Of a stretch of 40,941 nt of DNA, positions 7,612 through 16,140 are shown one piece after another; the first letter of the stretch is position 1; every line of letters starts with the position of its first letter. The stretch is from a virus (Duplodnaviria; Heunggongvirae; Uroviricota; Caudoviricetes). Position numbers and translations under genes: made by a program. The DNA lies in IMG/VR virus record IMGVR_UViG_2526164598_000016; one strand, given 5' to 3'. Under the pieces are notes generated by a model. That model was given only the letters and a program-made list of their open reading frames with translations. It had not been told where the DNA came from and made no database searches.

Positions 7612-8574
7612 ATGAGCAGCAAACTTCATGGTCTTGTCTGGGAAGGGTGCGCCTTCACCGGCATGATCTTATCCAGGGTGGCGGTTATGGCCCGTCTTGC
7701 AGACTACAGCAATGACGAGGGTGTGTCATGGCCTGCCATTGAAACTATCCGGCGTCAGATCGGTGCAAGAAGTGAATCCACAGTGAAATCGGCTATTGCA
7801 GAACTGGCGAAAGAGGGCTGGCTGACGAAGGAAGAGCGTAAGGTCGGTGGGCGTAATGTAAGCAATATCTATCGGCTTAATGTGGAAAAACTCGAAGCAG
7901 CTGCGGCGGCGGCGCGTGAGTCATATAAACCGAAAAGAAAAATTAGCCCGGCAAAAAATGACCCGTTAACAGTTGACCCGTCAAATATTGACCCCTCAAC
8001 GGTTGACCCGTCAAATTTTGATGGATCAACTGTTGATAAAAAACTGCCGATTAGGGGGGCGATGATTGACCCCGATCCGTCAGTATTAAAACCTGATCCG
8101 TCAGATAAAAGATCTTCTTGTCCGGACGCTTCGCAACCGGACCCGCAGACGGCTGAACAGGATTTTTTAACCCGACACCCTGACGCGGTTGTGTTCAGTG
8201 CGAAAAAACGCCAGTGGGGAAGTCAGGAAGATTTGGTGTGCGCACAGTGGATCTGGGGACGAATCGTGAGTCTTTACGAGCAGGCGGCCAGCTATGATGG
8301 CGAGATCACTAGACCGAAAGAACCCAACTGGACAGCATGGGCCAATGACGTTCGCACAATGCGGATGCTGGATGGCAGAACTCACAGACAAATTTGTGAA
8401 ATGTTTGGGCGTCTCCAGCGGGATTCGTTCTGGGTAAAAAACATCATGAGTCCGGCAAAACTCCGGGAAAAATGGGATGAACTGGTTATCCGCCTGGGGC
8501 GTTCGCCTGCGCAGCGTTGCGTGAATCACATTTCTGAACCGGACACTGAAATTCCGCCGGGCTTCAGGGGGTAA
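7612..8574 (+). CDS. Replication initiation protein (O-like; N-terminal HTH, iterons inside the gene)
   Basis: ATG at 7612 with GGGGG SD (the ORF track begins at a GTG at 7597); N-terminal winged-helix-like region; embedded iteron array encodes the DPSxVDPSN peptide repeats. Confidence 0.7.
   Translation: MSSKLHGLVWEGCAFTGMILSRVAVMARLADYSNDEGVSWPAIETIRRQIGARSESTVKSAIAELAKEGWLTKEERKVGGRNVSNIYRLNVEKLEAAAAAARESYKPKRKISPAKNDPLTVDPSNIDPSTVDPSNFDGSTVDKKLPIRGAMIDPDPSVLKPDPSDKRSSCPDASQPDPQTAEQDFLTRHPDAVVFSAKKRQWGSQEDLVCAQWIWGRIVSLYEQAASYDGEITRPKEPNWTAWANDVRTMRMLDGRTHRQICEMFGRLQRDSFWVKNIMSPAKLREKWDELVIRLGRSPAQRCVNHISEPDTEIPPGFRG
7958..8020 (+). repeat. Iteron array (about 15-bp period, TGACCCGTCAA core), candidate replication origin
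   Basis: TGACCCGTTAACAGT / TGACCCGTCAAATAT / TGACCCCTCAACGGT / TGACCCGTCAAATTT in tandem, with degenerate copies following. Confidence 0.55.
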
Positions 8575-8614
8575 GTGTTAATTTCTGGTCATGAGGTAAT
8601 TTTCAGGAGGGCTT

Positions 8615-9037
8615 GTGGCAAAAGTTTTTACACAAGAAGAGCGGGAAAAAATTAAAGGGCTGATCGTGGAATTCGTACGCCTTAACGGACGAGGCACGAT
8701 TCGGCAGTTATCGGATGAAATTGGTGTCAGTCATGCGTCTGTCGGTCGTTTATGCATGGAGCTGGCCGCCAGTGGTGATGTTTACAATTCCGGTTACGGA
8801 GTATTCCCGTCTGAGCAGGCGCGCAAGGACTGGCAAAACGCCCGCAAAAAACTCTCAAGGGCAAAGCTGAAGAAACCATCTGTGGTTGATCCGGACCTTA
8901 TCTGGCTATTACCAGACGGCGAAATACGCCGCTACGACAGGCGTCAGAACATAATCTGTCGCGAGTGCCGGAAGAGCGAAGTTATGCAGCGCATATTGTC
9001 GTTTTATCAGGGTAATTTTCAGGAGGTAGCGCAGTGA
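8615..9037 (+). CDS. Hypothetical protein with probable HTH (140 aa)
   Basis: GTG start preceded by GGTAATTTTCAGGAGG; …IRQLSDEIGVSHASVGRL… HTH-like segment. Confidence 0.55.
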   Translation: MAKVFTQEEREKIKGLIVEFVRLNGRGTIRQLSDEIGVSHASVGRLCMELAASGDVYNSGYGVFPSEQARKDWQNARKKLSRAKLKKPSVVDPDLIWLLPDGEIRRYDRRQNIICRECRKSEVMQRILSFYQGNFQEVAQ

Positions 9038-9528
9038 GTGCACCGGCAACCATTCTTGATATGTGCTGTGGCAGCCGCATGTTCTGGTTCGATAAGAATG
9101 ACGACCGGGCGATATTTAGCGATATCAGAAAGGAAGAGCACACATTATGTGATGGACGAAGACTGATAATTAGCCCTGACCTGATAGCAGATTTTCGTGC
9201 ATTACCATTTGCAGACGCATCGTTTCCGGTGGTTGTATTCGACCCTCCGCATCTTGAGCGTGTTGGTGATAACGCCTGGATGGGAAAGAAATATGGACGG
9301 CTGAATAAAGATACCTGGCGTGATGATTTGCGGCAGGGATTTAAAGAAGCCTTTCGTGTGTTGCGGCCATACAGCGTTCTGATTTTTAAATGGAATGAAA
9401 CGCAAATACCTGTTCGCCAGATATTGGCACTGACCGACAGAAAGCCTGTTATCGGTCAACGAACAGGAAAGGGTGACAAGACCCACTGGATTATTTTTAT
9501 GAAGGAGGCGACCAGTGAGCAAGATTGA
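9034..9528 (+). CDS. Small phage DNA methyltransferase (SAM-binding motif I-like LDMCCGS, catalytic DPPH)
   Basis: 164-aa ORF with …ILDMCCGSRMFWF… and …VVVFDPPHL…; GTG start after the second copy of GGTAATTTTCAGGAGG. Confidence 0.65.
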   Translation: MSAPATILDMCCGSRMFWFDKNDDRAIFSDIRKEEHTLCDGRRLIISPDLIADFRALPFADASFPVVVFDPPHLERVGDNAWMGKKYGRLNKDTWRDDLRQGFKEAFRVLRPYSVLIFKWNETQIPVRQILALTDRKPVIGQRTGKGDKTHWIIFMKEATSEQD

Positions 9529-9697
9529 CTATCAAGAACTGCGCGAGGCGGCGGAACAGGCAACGCAAGATGAATGGGTAGCATATATTTTGCCGGGTCA
9601 TAACGCATTTATCCTGCGCGCACGTCTGAGGGTAGGCATTGCGGATACTTTATTGACTGGCCTGGCGTCTGTCAGGGGCGGGAGAGCATCAACATGA
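9515..9697 (+). CDS. Small protein with Ea22/Ead-like N-terminus (MSKIDYQELREAAE…)
   Basis: GTG start after GGAGG; N-terminus is paralogous to the starts of the genes at 10197 and 11622. Confidence 0.4.
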   Translation: MSKIDYQELREAAEQATQDEWVAYILPGHNAFILRARLRVGIADTLLTGLASVRGGRAST

Positions 9698-10200
9698 GCA
9701 TCAGAACCTACGCAGTGAATTGCAATGACGCATGGCTAAACACCGAAGGTGATGACATCTCCGGCTCATACGTTAAGTACAAAGACCATCAGGAAGTGGT
9801 TGCCGCTCTTGAGGCCAAGTGCGCGGCGCTGACAGCGGAGAATGCGGGAATAAAGTCTGCAATTCCAGAATCACGGGATATTGAGGATGACAATGACAAT
9901 ATGGATGACGTATCTCTCGCGGAAGACTTCGGGTTCAATCATGCAATAGAACGGATGAGGAGACAGATACCTGAAACGCCAACCACTGATGCTTTCCTGG
10001 CTGAAGTCCGGGCGCAGGGGGTGGATGCTGCTATAGAAGCTGCAAAAAATCTGGTGGCCCAAGAATATGAGTATAAGGATTTCAAAGCGGCGCAGAGTGA
10101 TTGCTGTATGCACCCTGGTTCAGACCTGGTAGGGAAGGTTGAAATGACTGAGTGGTTAGTTGACTTTGCTGCCCAGCTTCGCAAAGGAGGCAACCAGTGA
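9694..10200 (+). CDS. Hypothetical phage protein (168 aa)
   Basis: ATGA-coupled ORF. Confidence 0.55.
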   Translation: MSIRTYAVNCNDAWLNTEGDDISGSYVKYKDHQEVVAALEAKCAALTAENAGIKSAIPESRDIEDDNDNMDDVSLAEDFGFNHAIERMRRQIPETPTTDAFLAEVRAQGVDAAIEAAKNLVAQEYEYKDFKAAQSDCCMHPGSDLVGKVEMTEWLVDFAAQLRKGGNQ

Positions 10201-10844
10201 GCGAAATTAATTACCAGTCACTGCGTGAGGTGGCGGAACGTGCAATTCCAGCAATGGAACGCCTGTTAATGTTGCCAGCTGATGATGATTTGTTAAGTGA
10301 ACAGGAACTTAAAGATTACGGTGTGGATATTGATGCGCTCAATGCCTTCAAATTTCTGACCGGACCAGAAACCGTGCTGGCACTACTGGACGAACGGGAA
10401 AGAAACCAGCAATACATCAAACGCCGCGACCAGGAGAACGAGGATATTGCACTAACGGTTGGGAAACTGCGTGTTGAGCTGGAAGCCGCAGAGAAGCGCA
10501 ACGCAAAATTACAAAGCGAGAATGCATACATCCGCAACCGGTTCAAAGAGCTGGACCTGTTAATCGGGAAAAACATTCTGGTCATGCAGGCTGCGATTAT
10601 CGAATGGCAGGCAACTGGCGACGCTAAAAGCGGACTGGCATGGATTTATAACACACTGTTTGGCCTAGGCGAATTGCCGGACGAATCTGAGAAAGATGCT
10701 CAGGCCTACTTTAATCGCAAATATGCACCGATTGACGAAAAGCTCATGGAGCTTCACAAGTGGTTTTGGGAACAAAGTGAAGCCGAGCGCGCCGCTGGCA
10801 TTCGCATCAAAGGAGAGGAGCATGGAAATAAAACCAGAGGATGA
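10197..10844 (+). CDS. Ead/Ea22-like coiled-coil protein (215 aa)
   Basis: Starts MSEINYQSLREVAERA…; central coiled-coil-like region. Confidence 0.55.
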   Translation: MSEINYQSLREVAERAIPAMERLLMLPADDDLLSEQELKDYGVDIDALNAFKFLTGPETVLALLDERERNQQYIKRRDQENEDIALTVGKLRVELEAAEKRNAKLQSENAYIRNRFKELDLLIGKNILVMQAAIIEWQATGDAKSGLAWIYNTLFGLGELPDESEKDAQAYFNRKYAPIDEKLMELHKWFWEQSEAERAAGIRIKGEEHGNKTRG

Positions 10845-11178
10845 GTTAAGCAATATCGTTTTATTTCCGGTAAAAGAGGATGACCCTCGTAATCAGGTTA
10901 ATTTTCTTTATGAGCCATCGGAAAGACCATATTGCCATCACGCCTCTGTTCGGGTTGACGAAAAAGAGCGTCAGGTCCGCTGTAAAATCTGCGGTGCAGT
11001 TGTGGAGCCGTTTGACTGGATGCTCTCTGTGGCGAAAAGAGAAACCAGACTGGCAGATGATGTAAGGCTATTGCGCCAGGAGGAACAGGAAAGGCGGAAA
11101 AATATAGAAAAGTTAATTCAGATTGAGCGTAACGCAAAAGCGCGGATATGCAGGGCGACAAAATCCAGAACTGAATAA
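10822..11178 (+). CDS. Hypothetical protein with CxxC zinc-ribbon-like motif (118 aa)
   Basis: Internal ATG at 10822 with AAAGGAGAGGAG SD; …VRCKICGAVVEPF…. Confidence 0.5.
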   Translation: MEIKPEDELSNIVLFPVKEDDPRNQVNFLYEPSERPYCHHASVRVDEKERQVRCKICGAVVEPFDWMLSVAKRETRLADDVRLLRQEEQERRKNIEKLIQIERNAKARICRATKSRTE

Positions 11179-11273
11179 TTAAATTTAGCACTGTAAATAA
11201 AATCAAATCCTTAACCGGAGGGATTTCTGCACCCTCAGAACATCAGGAGGCCGTCCGAAAGGGCGGTAGTGAA

Positions 11274-11456
11274 ATGCGAAAATTCAAAATAATTATTGAA
11301 ACGGGAATAGCCGGTGGAGATTTCGAGGATGAATTCGAAGTGGATGATGATGCAACACCAGATGAAATACAGGATGAAGCTAAAGATATTTTCTTTAACT
11401 ACTGCAATTACTCATACCACGAAATAAAAGACGAAGAGGAAGAACAAAATGGCTGA
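11274..11456 (+). CDS. Small acidic hypothetical protein
   Basis: 60-aa ORF, very acidic. Confidence 0.4.
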   Translation: MRKFKIIIETGIAGGDFEDEFEVDDDATPDEIQDEAKDIFFNYCNYSYHEIKDEEEEQNG

Positions 11457-11625
11457 TTTTGGTTCAACTAAATATAACGCCAGTTTTGAAGAATGGCATG
11501 AACTGTTAATGGATTATGCAGAGTTACGCGGTGGAAGTGCCGCTGATGCTGAAGCATGGCGTGATGATTATGAAGCAGGGAAAACACCGGTCGAAGCATA
11601 TTGTGATGAGTGGGGCGATGAATGA
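11449..11625 (+). CDS. Small hypothetical protein (58 aa, not in ORF track)
   Basis: Hand-translated MADFGSTKYNASFEEWHELL…; overlapping start/stop with both neighbours. Confidence 0.4.
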   Translation: MADFGSTKYNASFEEWHELLMDYAELRGGSAADAEAWRDDYEAGKTPVEAYCDEWGDE

Positions 11626-11981
11626 GCGAGATTAATTATCAGGAAGGGCATGAAAAGGCAGGGCAGGCAAAACCAGTGGCATGGCGATATCGCTACGTGA
11701 AAAAAGGCGTTACAGACTTTCAGGGGAAGCAGTGGGTTGGTGACTGGAAATATGTCCCGACAAAAGAGGATTGCAACGACAGACCGAACTATGAAATTCA
11801 GGCGTTATTCACTGCCCCGCCTGTGCCACTGACACCAGAAGGATTGATTAAAGCAGTGCGTTTCTATGAACAGGTAAAGCGTGAGAATCCGCCAGTCGAA
11901 ACCGGAGCATGGAAAGACGCTGTTGACTGGGTGCTCAAAGAGGCTTGCCAGTCTGTAAACATTGGCATCAAAGGAGAGTGA
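11622..11981 (+). CDS. Hypothetical protein (119 aa) with MSEINYQ start
   Basis: ATGA-coupled; third gene with the shared N-terminal motif. Confidence 0.55.
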   Translation: MSEINYQEGHEKAGQAKPVAWRYRYVKKGVTDFQGKQWVGDWKYVPTKEDCNDRPNYEIQALFTAPPVPLTPEGLIKAVRFYEQVKRENPPVETGAWKDAVDWVLKEACQSVNIGIKGE

Positions 11982-11982
11982 T

Positions 11983-12246
11983 ATGGCAACTTTGACAAAA
12001 AAAGAACAAGCATGGTTGAGCGAATTACAGGACGTTCTTGATCGCTGTCCATCACCGAAAAAAATTGGTTTTTACACCATTGGCGATAAAAGCATTTACC
12101 TGTATGACCTGCGCCGCATGGATGAAATCATGGAGGCTCTTGATAATCGTTCGTCGATGGATTGGTGTGTTGCTGTTCATGATATGAATGCAGGGTTTGA
12201 TGAAAAGATTTTGTTCCCCTCATCAGTTGAAAGCACTGCGGGTTAA
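11983..12246 (+). CDS. Hypothetical protein (87 aa)
   Basis: ATG at 11983 with AAGGAGAG SD. Confidence 0.5.
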   Translation: MATLTKKEQAWLSELQDVLDRCPSPKKIGFYTIGDKSIYLYDLRRMDEIMEALDNRSSMDWCVAVHDMNAGFDEKILFPSSVESTAG

Positions 12247-12256
12247 GGAGTAACAC

Positions 12257-12424
12257 ATGACCACTATTACCAAAGAACGTATTGAATTGTTCATTAAAAA
12301 TCCGGTTGAAAACGGGCTTACCCGTGGTGAACAAATGGAACTGGCACGGATTGCGCTGGCATCGCTGGAAGCAGAGCCGGTTGTGTTCTGGTTTGAAAAA
12401 TATCAAGAAGGGGCTACGGCATGA
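12257..12424 (+). CDS. Small hypothetical protein (55 aa), paralogue of the next gene
   Basis: [12 protein letters not shown]…ALASLEAEP…; shares the start and the ALxSLxAEP motif with the 12421 gene. Confidence 0.45.
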   Translation: MTTITKERIELFIKNPVENGLTRGEQMELARIALASLEAEPVVFWFEKYQEGATA

Positions 12425-12765
12425 CGACTTTTACCAGAGAGCAGTTAATAGCTCACGCAGAGGAGACTATTGAAGCACAGAGACTGTGCATACCGGGCAC
12501 AATCGACCATGACATCATCCGCACATATAAGATGGATATTGCTGTTCTGGAAATCGCACTGGTATCGCTGGCAGCAGAGCCAGCCGGTAAATTGCATGAA
12601 TACAAACCAGTGGGATATCAGCGTCTGGTCGATGAGTTAACCATGCTGGTAAAGCAGTTAACCTGGCAACTGAGGAAAGCGAAGCCAGACTGCAAATTAC
12701 CGGATAAGGCGATGAGTTATCTGGAGCGGAACGGACTGATAAGCGTGGAGGATATTTTACGATGA
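12421..12765 (+). CDS. Hypothetical protein (114 aa)
   Basis: [14 protein letters not shown]…ALVSLAAEP…; ATGA-coupled. Confidence 0.55.
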   Translation: MTTFTREQLIAHAEETIEAQRLCIPGTIDHDIIRTYKMDIAVLEIALVSLAAEPAGKLHEYKPVGYQRLVDELTMLVKQLTWQLRKAKPDCKLPDKAMSYLERNGLISVEDILR

Positions 12766-12842
12766 CCTGGCCTGAAGCATTAACAACGGTAGGAATTGCG
12801 ATGGCGGTGGCGCTGGTGGTGTATTCGATTTGCCGCTGGGGA
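12762..12842 (+). CDS. Possible 26-aa hydrophobic peptide
   Basis: [31 protein letters not shown]-coupled to the previous gene; very short, speculative. Confidence 0.25.
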
Positions 12843-12879
12843 TAAAAACGGTTTGCGGTAAAGCGAGAGTTAAGTAGAA

Positions 12880-13056
12880 TTGCTGCGGGTGCTTGAGGCT
12901 ATCTGCCTCAGGCATGAACACCAAAAGGCAGATAGAGAAAAGCCCCAGTTAACATTACGCGTCCTGCAAGACGCTTAACATTAATCTGAGGCCCAATCTA
13001 TGTCTCACAAATGTAGGTTAGCCTCTTACGTGCCGAAAGGCAAGGAGAAGCAGGCT
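12880..13056 (-). ncRNA. Candidate hok leader with antisense (sok-like) regulatory region
   Basis: Leader has complementary elements CTATCTGCC / GGCAGATAG and a TGAGGC…GCCTCA hairpin upstream of hok, as in hok/sok loci; antisense promoter not pinpointed. Confidence 0.3.
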
Positions 13057-13212
13057 ATGAAGCAGCAAAAGGCGATGCTAATCGCCCTGATCGTCATCTG
13101 TTTAACCGTCATGGTGACGGCACTGGTAACGAGGAAAGACCTCTGCGAGGTACGAATCCGAACCGGCCAGACGGAGGTCGCTGTCTTCACAGCTTACGAA
13201 CCTGAGGAGTAA
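13057..13212 (+). CDS. hok: Hok/Gef-family type I toxin (51 aa)
   Basis: MKQQKAMLIALIVICLTVMVTALVTRKDLCEVRIRTGQTEVAVFTAYEPEE matches the Hok family (TM helix, …TRK.LCE.R…EV.AF.AYE…). Confidence 0.8.
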   Translation: MKQQKAMLIALIVICLTVMVTALVTRKDLCEVRIRTGQTEVAVFTAYEPEE

Positions 13213-13282
13213 GAGACCCGGCGGGGGAGAAATCCCTCGCCACCGCTGATGTGTCAGGCATCCTCAACGCACCCGCACTTAA

Positions 13283-13308
13283 CCCGCTTCGGCGGGTTTT
13301 GTTTTTTC
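13283..13308 (+). terminator. Rho-independent terminator downstream of hok
   Basis: CCCGCTTCGGCGGG hairpin followed by TTTTGTTTTTT. Confidence 0.5.
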
Positions 13309-13379
13309 CTGGCATTCTGGTTTACAATTCGCACACCAGCCTGAACAACTGGCACCTGCTGCGCCAGCAGAGACAACCG

Positions 13380-13658
13380 ATGGCGCACGATACCAAATTA
13401 CACAATTCTGATAATTCAGCCGTCTTTGCCAGCAGGCGCGGACGGTGTTTTCACGCATTCAAATCTGACTGGTACCAGCATCCCCCATGCACTGAAGAAC
13501 AGGCCGAATGGCTCATTCAGTGTTACCGCAGGCGCGGATACGAGGTTAAAAAAGCCCTTAACCTCGACTACCGTCACTGGATAATCTCCGTCAGGCTTCC
13601 TTACTCTGAACGCCCACCGCGTCCGTCCCGCACATTCCAGCAACGCATCTGGAGGTAA
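13380..13658 (+). CDS. Hypothetical nin-region protein (92 aa)
   Basis: ORF truncated to the first ATG downstream of the terminator; weak SD. Confidence 0.45.
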   Translation: MAHDTKLHNSDNSAVFASRRGRCFHAFKSDWYQHPPCTEEQAEWLIQCYRRRGYEVKKALNLDYRHWIISVRLPYSERPPRPSRTFQQRIWR

Positions 13659-13659
13659 C

Positions 13660-14052
13660 GTGCGGGTATTACTTCGACCTGTTCTGGTACCGGAACTCGG
13701 GCTGGTGATCGTTAAGCCGGGCCGTGAATCCATGCCGGTATTCCACAATACCCGGGTACTGGTGGAGCCGGAACCGAAAAGCATGCGTAATCTGCCGTCC
13801 GGGGTCGTTCCTGCCGTTCGCCAGCCGCTGGCGGAGGATAAATCATTACTGCCATTTTTCAGCGACGAACGAGTGATTCGTGCTGCTGGTGGCGCTGGCG
13901 CATTGTCTGACTGGTTACTGCGCCATGTTAAATCCTGCCAGTGGCCACACGGCGATTATCACCACAGTGAAACCGTCATTCACCGTTATGGTACCGGCGC
14001 AATGGTGTTGTGCTGGCACTGCGACAACCAGTTGCGTGACCAGACCTCCTAA
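13660..14052 (+). CDS. Hypothetical nin-region protein with Cys/His cluster (…CQWPHGDYHH…CWHCDNQ…)
   Basis: 130-aa ORF, GTG start abutting the previous stop. Confidence 0.45.
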   Translation: MRVLLRPVLVPELGLVIVKPGRESMPVFHNTRVLVEPEPKSMRNLPSGVVPAVRQPLAEDKSLLPFFSDERVIRAAGGAGALSDWLLRHVKSCQWPHGDYHHSETVIHRYGTGAMVLCWHCDNQLRDQTS

Positions 14053-14091
14053 TCACTTGAGCAACTTGCTCACCAAAACCTGTCAGCATGG

Positions 14092-14709
14092 ATGATTGAC
14101 GTCATTCGTCACGCAATGAATGGCACACAGGAGCGTGAATTATCGCTGGCTGAATTATCCTGGTGGGCGGCCTGCAATCAGGTGGTGGATGCACTACCTG
14201 AGGCAGTAGCGCGTCGTTCGCTGGGATTACCAGCGGAAAAAATCCGCTCCGTATACCGTGAGAGTGACATCGTACCGGGAGAACAGACAGCCATCAGCAT
14301 ACTGAAGCAGCGCACAAAAAATATTGCGCTGCCACTTCACGTCCACCAGCAACAAAATCCACCACAGGAAAAGACGGTGGTCAGCATTGCCGTTGATCCG
14401 GAGTCTCCGGAATCCTTCATGAAACGACCTAAACGTCGCCGCTGGGTTAACGAGAAATACACGCGCTGGGTGAAGACACAGCCGTGTGCGTGTTGTGGTA
14501 AGCCAGCCGACGATCCCCATCACCTGATTGGTCATGGTCAGGGCGGAATGGGGACAAAATCTCACGATATTTTCACGCTACCGCTGTGTCGGGAGCATCA
14601 CAACGAGCTTCATGCGGATCCGCTGGCGTTCGAAGAAAAGCATGGCTCTCAGGTTGATTTAATTTTTCGTTTTCTTGATCACGCCTTTGCAACCGGCGTG
14701 CTCGGGTAA
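14092..14709 (+). CDS. DUF968-like protein with HNH-type motif (…CACCGKPADDPHHLIGHG…CREHHNELH…)
   Basis: 205-aa ORF upstream of rusA; family assignment from memory. Confidence 0.55.
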   Translation: MIDVIRHAMNGTQERELSLAELSWWAACNQVVDALPEAVARRSLGLPAEKIRSVYRESDIVPGEQTAISILKQRTKNIALPLHVHQQQNPPQEKTVVSIAVDPESPESFMKRPKRRRWVNEKYTRWVKTQPCACCGKPADDPHHLIGHGQGGMGTKSHDIFTLPLCREHHNELHADPLAFEEKHGSQVDLIFRFLDHAFATGVLG

Positions 14710-14721
14710 AAGAGGTTACTG

Positions 14722-15096
14722 ATGCGTATAGAGTTTGTTTTGCCTTACCCGCCGACGGTGAACACCTACTGGCGACGTCGTGGCAGCACATATTTTGTAT
14801 CAAAAGCCGGTGAGCGTTATCGCCGGGCTGTGGCGCTTATTGTTCGCCAGCAGCGGCTGAAATTAAGCCTGTCCGGAAGGCTGGCGATAAAGATTATTGC
14901 CGAGCCACCGGATAAGCGCCGCCGTGACCTGGACAATATTCTGAAAGCGCCGCTGGATGCGCTGACGCATGCGGGGTTGCTAATGGACGATGAGCAGTTT
15001 GATGAAATCAATATCGTTCGTGCTCAGCCAGTATCTGGTGGACGTCTGGGGGTGAAGATTTACCCCATAATGCTTGCAGGGCAGGTCAAAAAATGA
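14722..15096 (+). CDS. rusA: Holliday junction resolvase RusA
   Basis: MRIEFVLPYPPTVNTYW…RDLDNILKAPLDALTHAGLL.DDEQ…; characteristic RusA sequence. Confidence 0.9.
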   Translation: MRIEFVLPYPPTVNTYWRRRGSTYFVSKAGERYRRAVALIVRQQRLKLSLSGRLAIKIIAEPPDKRRRDLDNILKAPLDALTHAGLLMDDEQFDEINIVRAQPVSGGRLGVKIYPIMLAGQVKK

Positions 15097-15914
15097 AACT
15101 GGAAGATTTACCGAAATACTACTCCCCAAAATCCCCCGGCCTGACTGATGCATCGGCCTCAACGTCGAAAGATGCGCTGAGTATCACTGATGTGATGGCC
15201 GCGCAGGGCATGACACAGAATCGGGCTGAGATGGGGTTTTCTGCGTTCCTTGGGAAAATGGGCATTAGTATGAATGACAGAGAGCGGGCAACAGAATTGC
15301 TGACAGAATATGCACTCAGTCGGTGTGATCGCGTGGCGGCGTTAAGAAAACTCCCGGCAGAAATAAAACCGGTAGTGATGCGCATTATGGCTTCGTACGC
15401 TTTTGAGGATTATGCCCGTAGCGCAGCGAGTAAAAAGCAGTGCCCTTGTTGCTATGGGGAAAAATTTATTGAAAGCGTAGTTTTTACAAACAAGGTCCAG
15501 TATCCGGATGGTAAGCCGCCGGTATGGGCAAAGTGTACGAAAGGTGTGTATCCGTCTTACTGGGAAGAATGGAAAAAAGTCAGGGAGGTGGTAAAAGTTG
15601 CCTGTCCGGAGTGTGGCGGAAAGGGTGAGGTTTCCACCGCCTGTAAGGATTGCCGTGGGCGTGGTGTCGCCATTCATCGTGAAGAGTCGGTAAAACGTGG
15701 TATGCCTGTTATCAGAGACTGCCAGCGTTGTGGTGGTCGTGGCTGTGAAAGACTACCATCAACGGAGGCATTTAATGCCATATGCGAAGTGACGAGTGCT
15801 ATCACGCTTGATACGTGGAAAAAATCAGTGAAACGCTTTTACGATACGTTGGTGGTTCGGTTTGACATTGAAGAGGCATGGGCGGAGCGGCAGTTAAAGA
15901 GGGTAACGCGATAG
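15093..15914 (+). CDS. Q: Late-gene antiterminator Q (zinc-finger type)
   Basis: 273-aa ORF with CPCC…CPECGGKG…CKDCRGRG…CQRCGGRG Cys clusters, directly upstream of a PR'-like promoter and terminator. Confidence 0.8.
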   Translation: MKLEDLPKYYSPKSPGLTDASASTSKDALSITDVMAAQGMTQNRAEMGFSAFLGKMGISMNDRERATELLTEYALSRCDRVAALRKLPAEIKPVVMRIMASYAFEDYARSAASKKQCPCCYGEKFIESVVFTNKVQYPDGKPPVWAKCTKGVYPSYWEEWKKVREVVKVACPECGGKGEVSTACKDCRGRGVAIHREESVKRGMPVIRDCQRCGGRGCERLPSTEAFNAICEVTSAITLDTWKKSVKRFYDTLVVRFDIEEAWAERQLKRVTR

Positions 15915-15919
15915 TGTTG

Positions 15920-15947
15920 TTGATTTTTCCCGAATCTGTGGTAAATT
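15920..15947 (+). promoter_or_regulatory. Late promoter PR' (-35 TTGATT, 16-nt spacer, -10 TAAATT; qut region follows)
   Basis: TTGATTTTTCCCGAATCTGTGGTAAATTTGCTCTAACGATGGG closely resembles the lambda PR' -10/initial transcribed region (recalled). Confidence 0.6.
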
Positions 15948-15993
15948 TGCTCTAACGATGGGCGTTTTATGCCTGACGTTAGAAGATTTTTTA

Positions 15994-16018
15994 CACCCCG
16001 CCGCCTGGCGGGTTTTTT
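15994..16018 (+). terminator. tR'-like intrinsic terminator
   Basis: CCCGCC-GCCT-GGCGGG hairpin followed by TTTTTT. Confidence 0.6.
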
Positions 16019-16140
16019 ATGACTGAAATCGCGTCAGTACAGTAAACGCGCTGGTGGCGGTGAATACCTGTCTTTCAGCTTGCTGGCTTTTTCGACAAGA
16101 GTTATTGGTGTGTCACGTTAACCGGAAAAGGGAAAAAGAC

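Noticed and set aside
13000-13056. In-frame N-terminal extension of hok (70-aa ORF)
   Set aside because: Hok-family toxins are about 50 aa and the conserved sequence begins at the MKQQKAM methionine; the extension is more likely leader sequence, although a mok-like function was not excluded.
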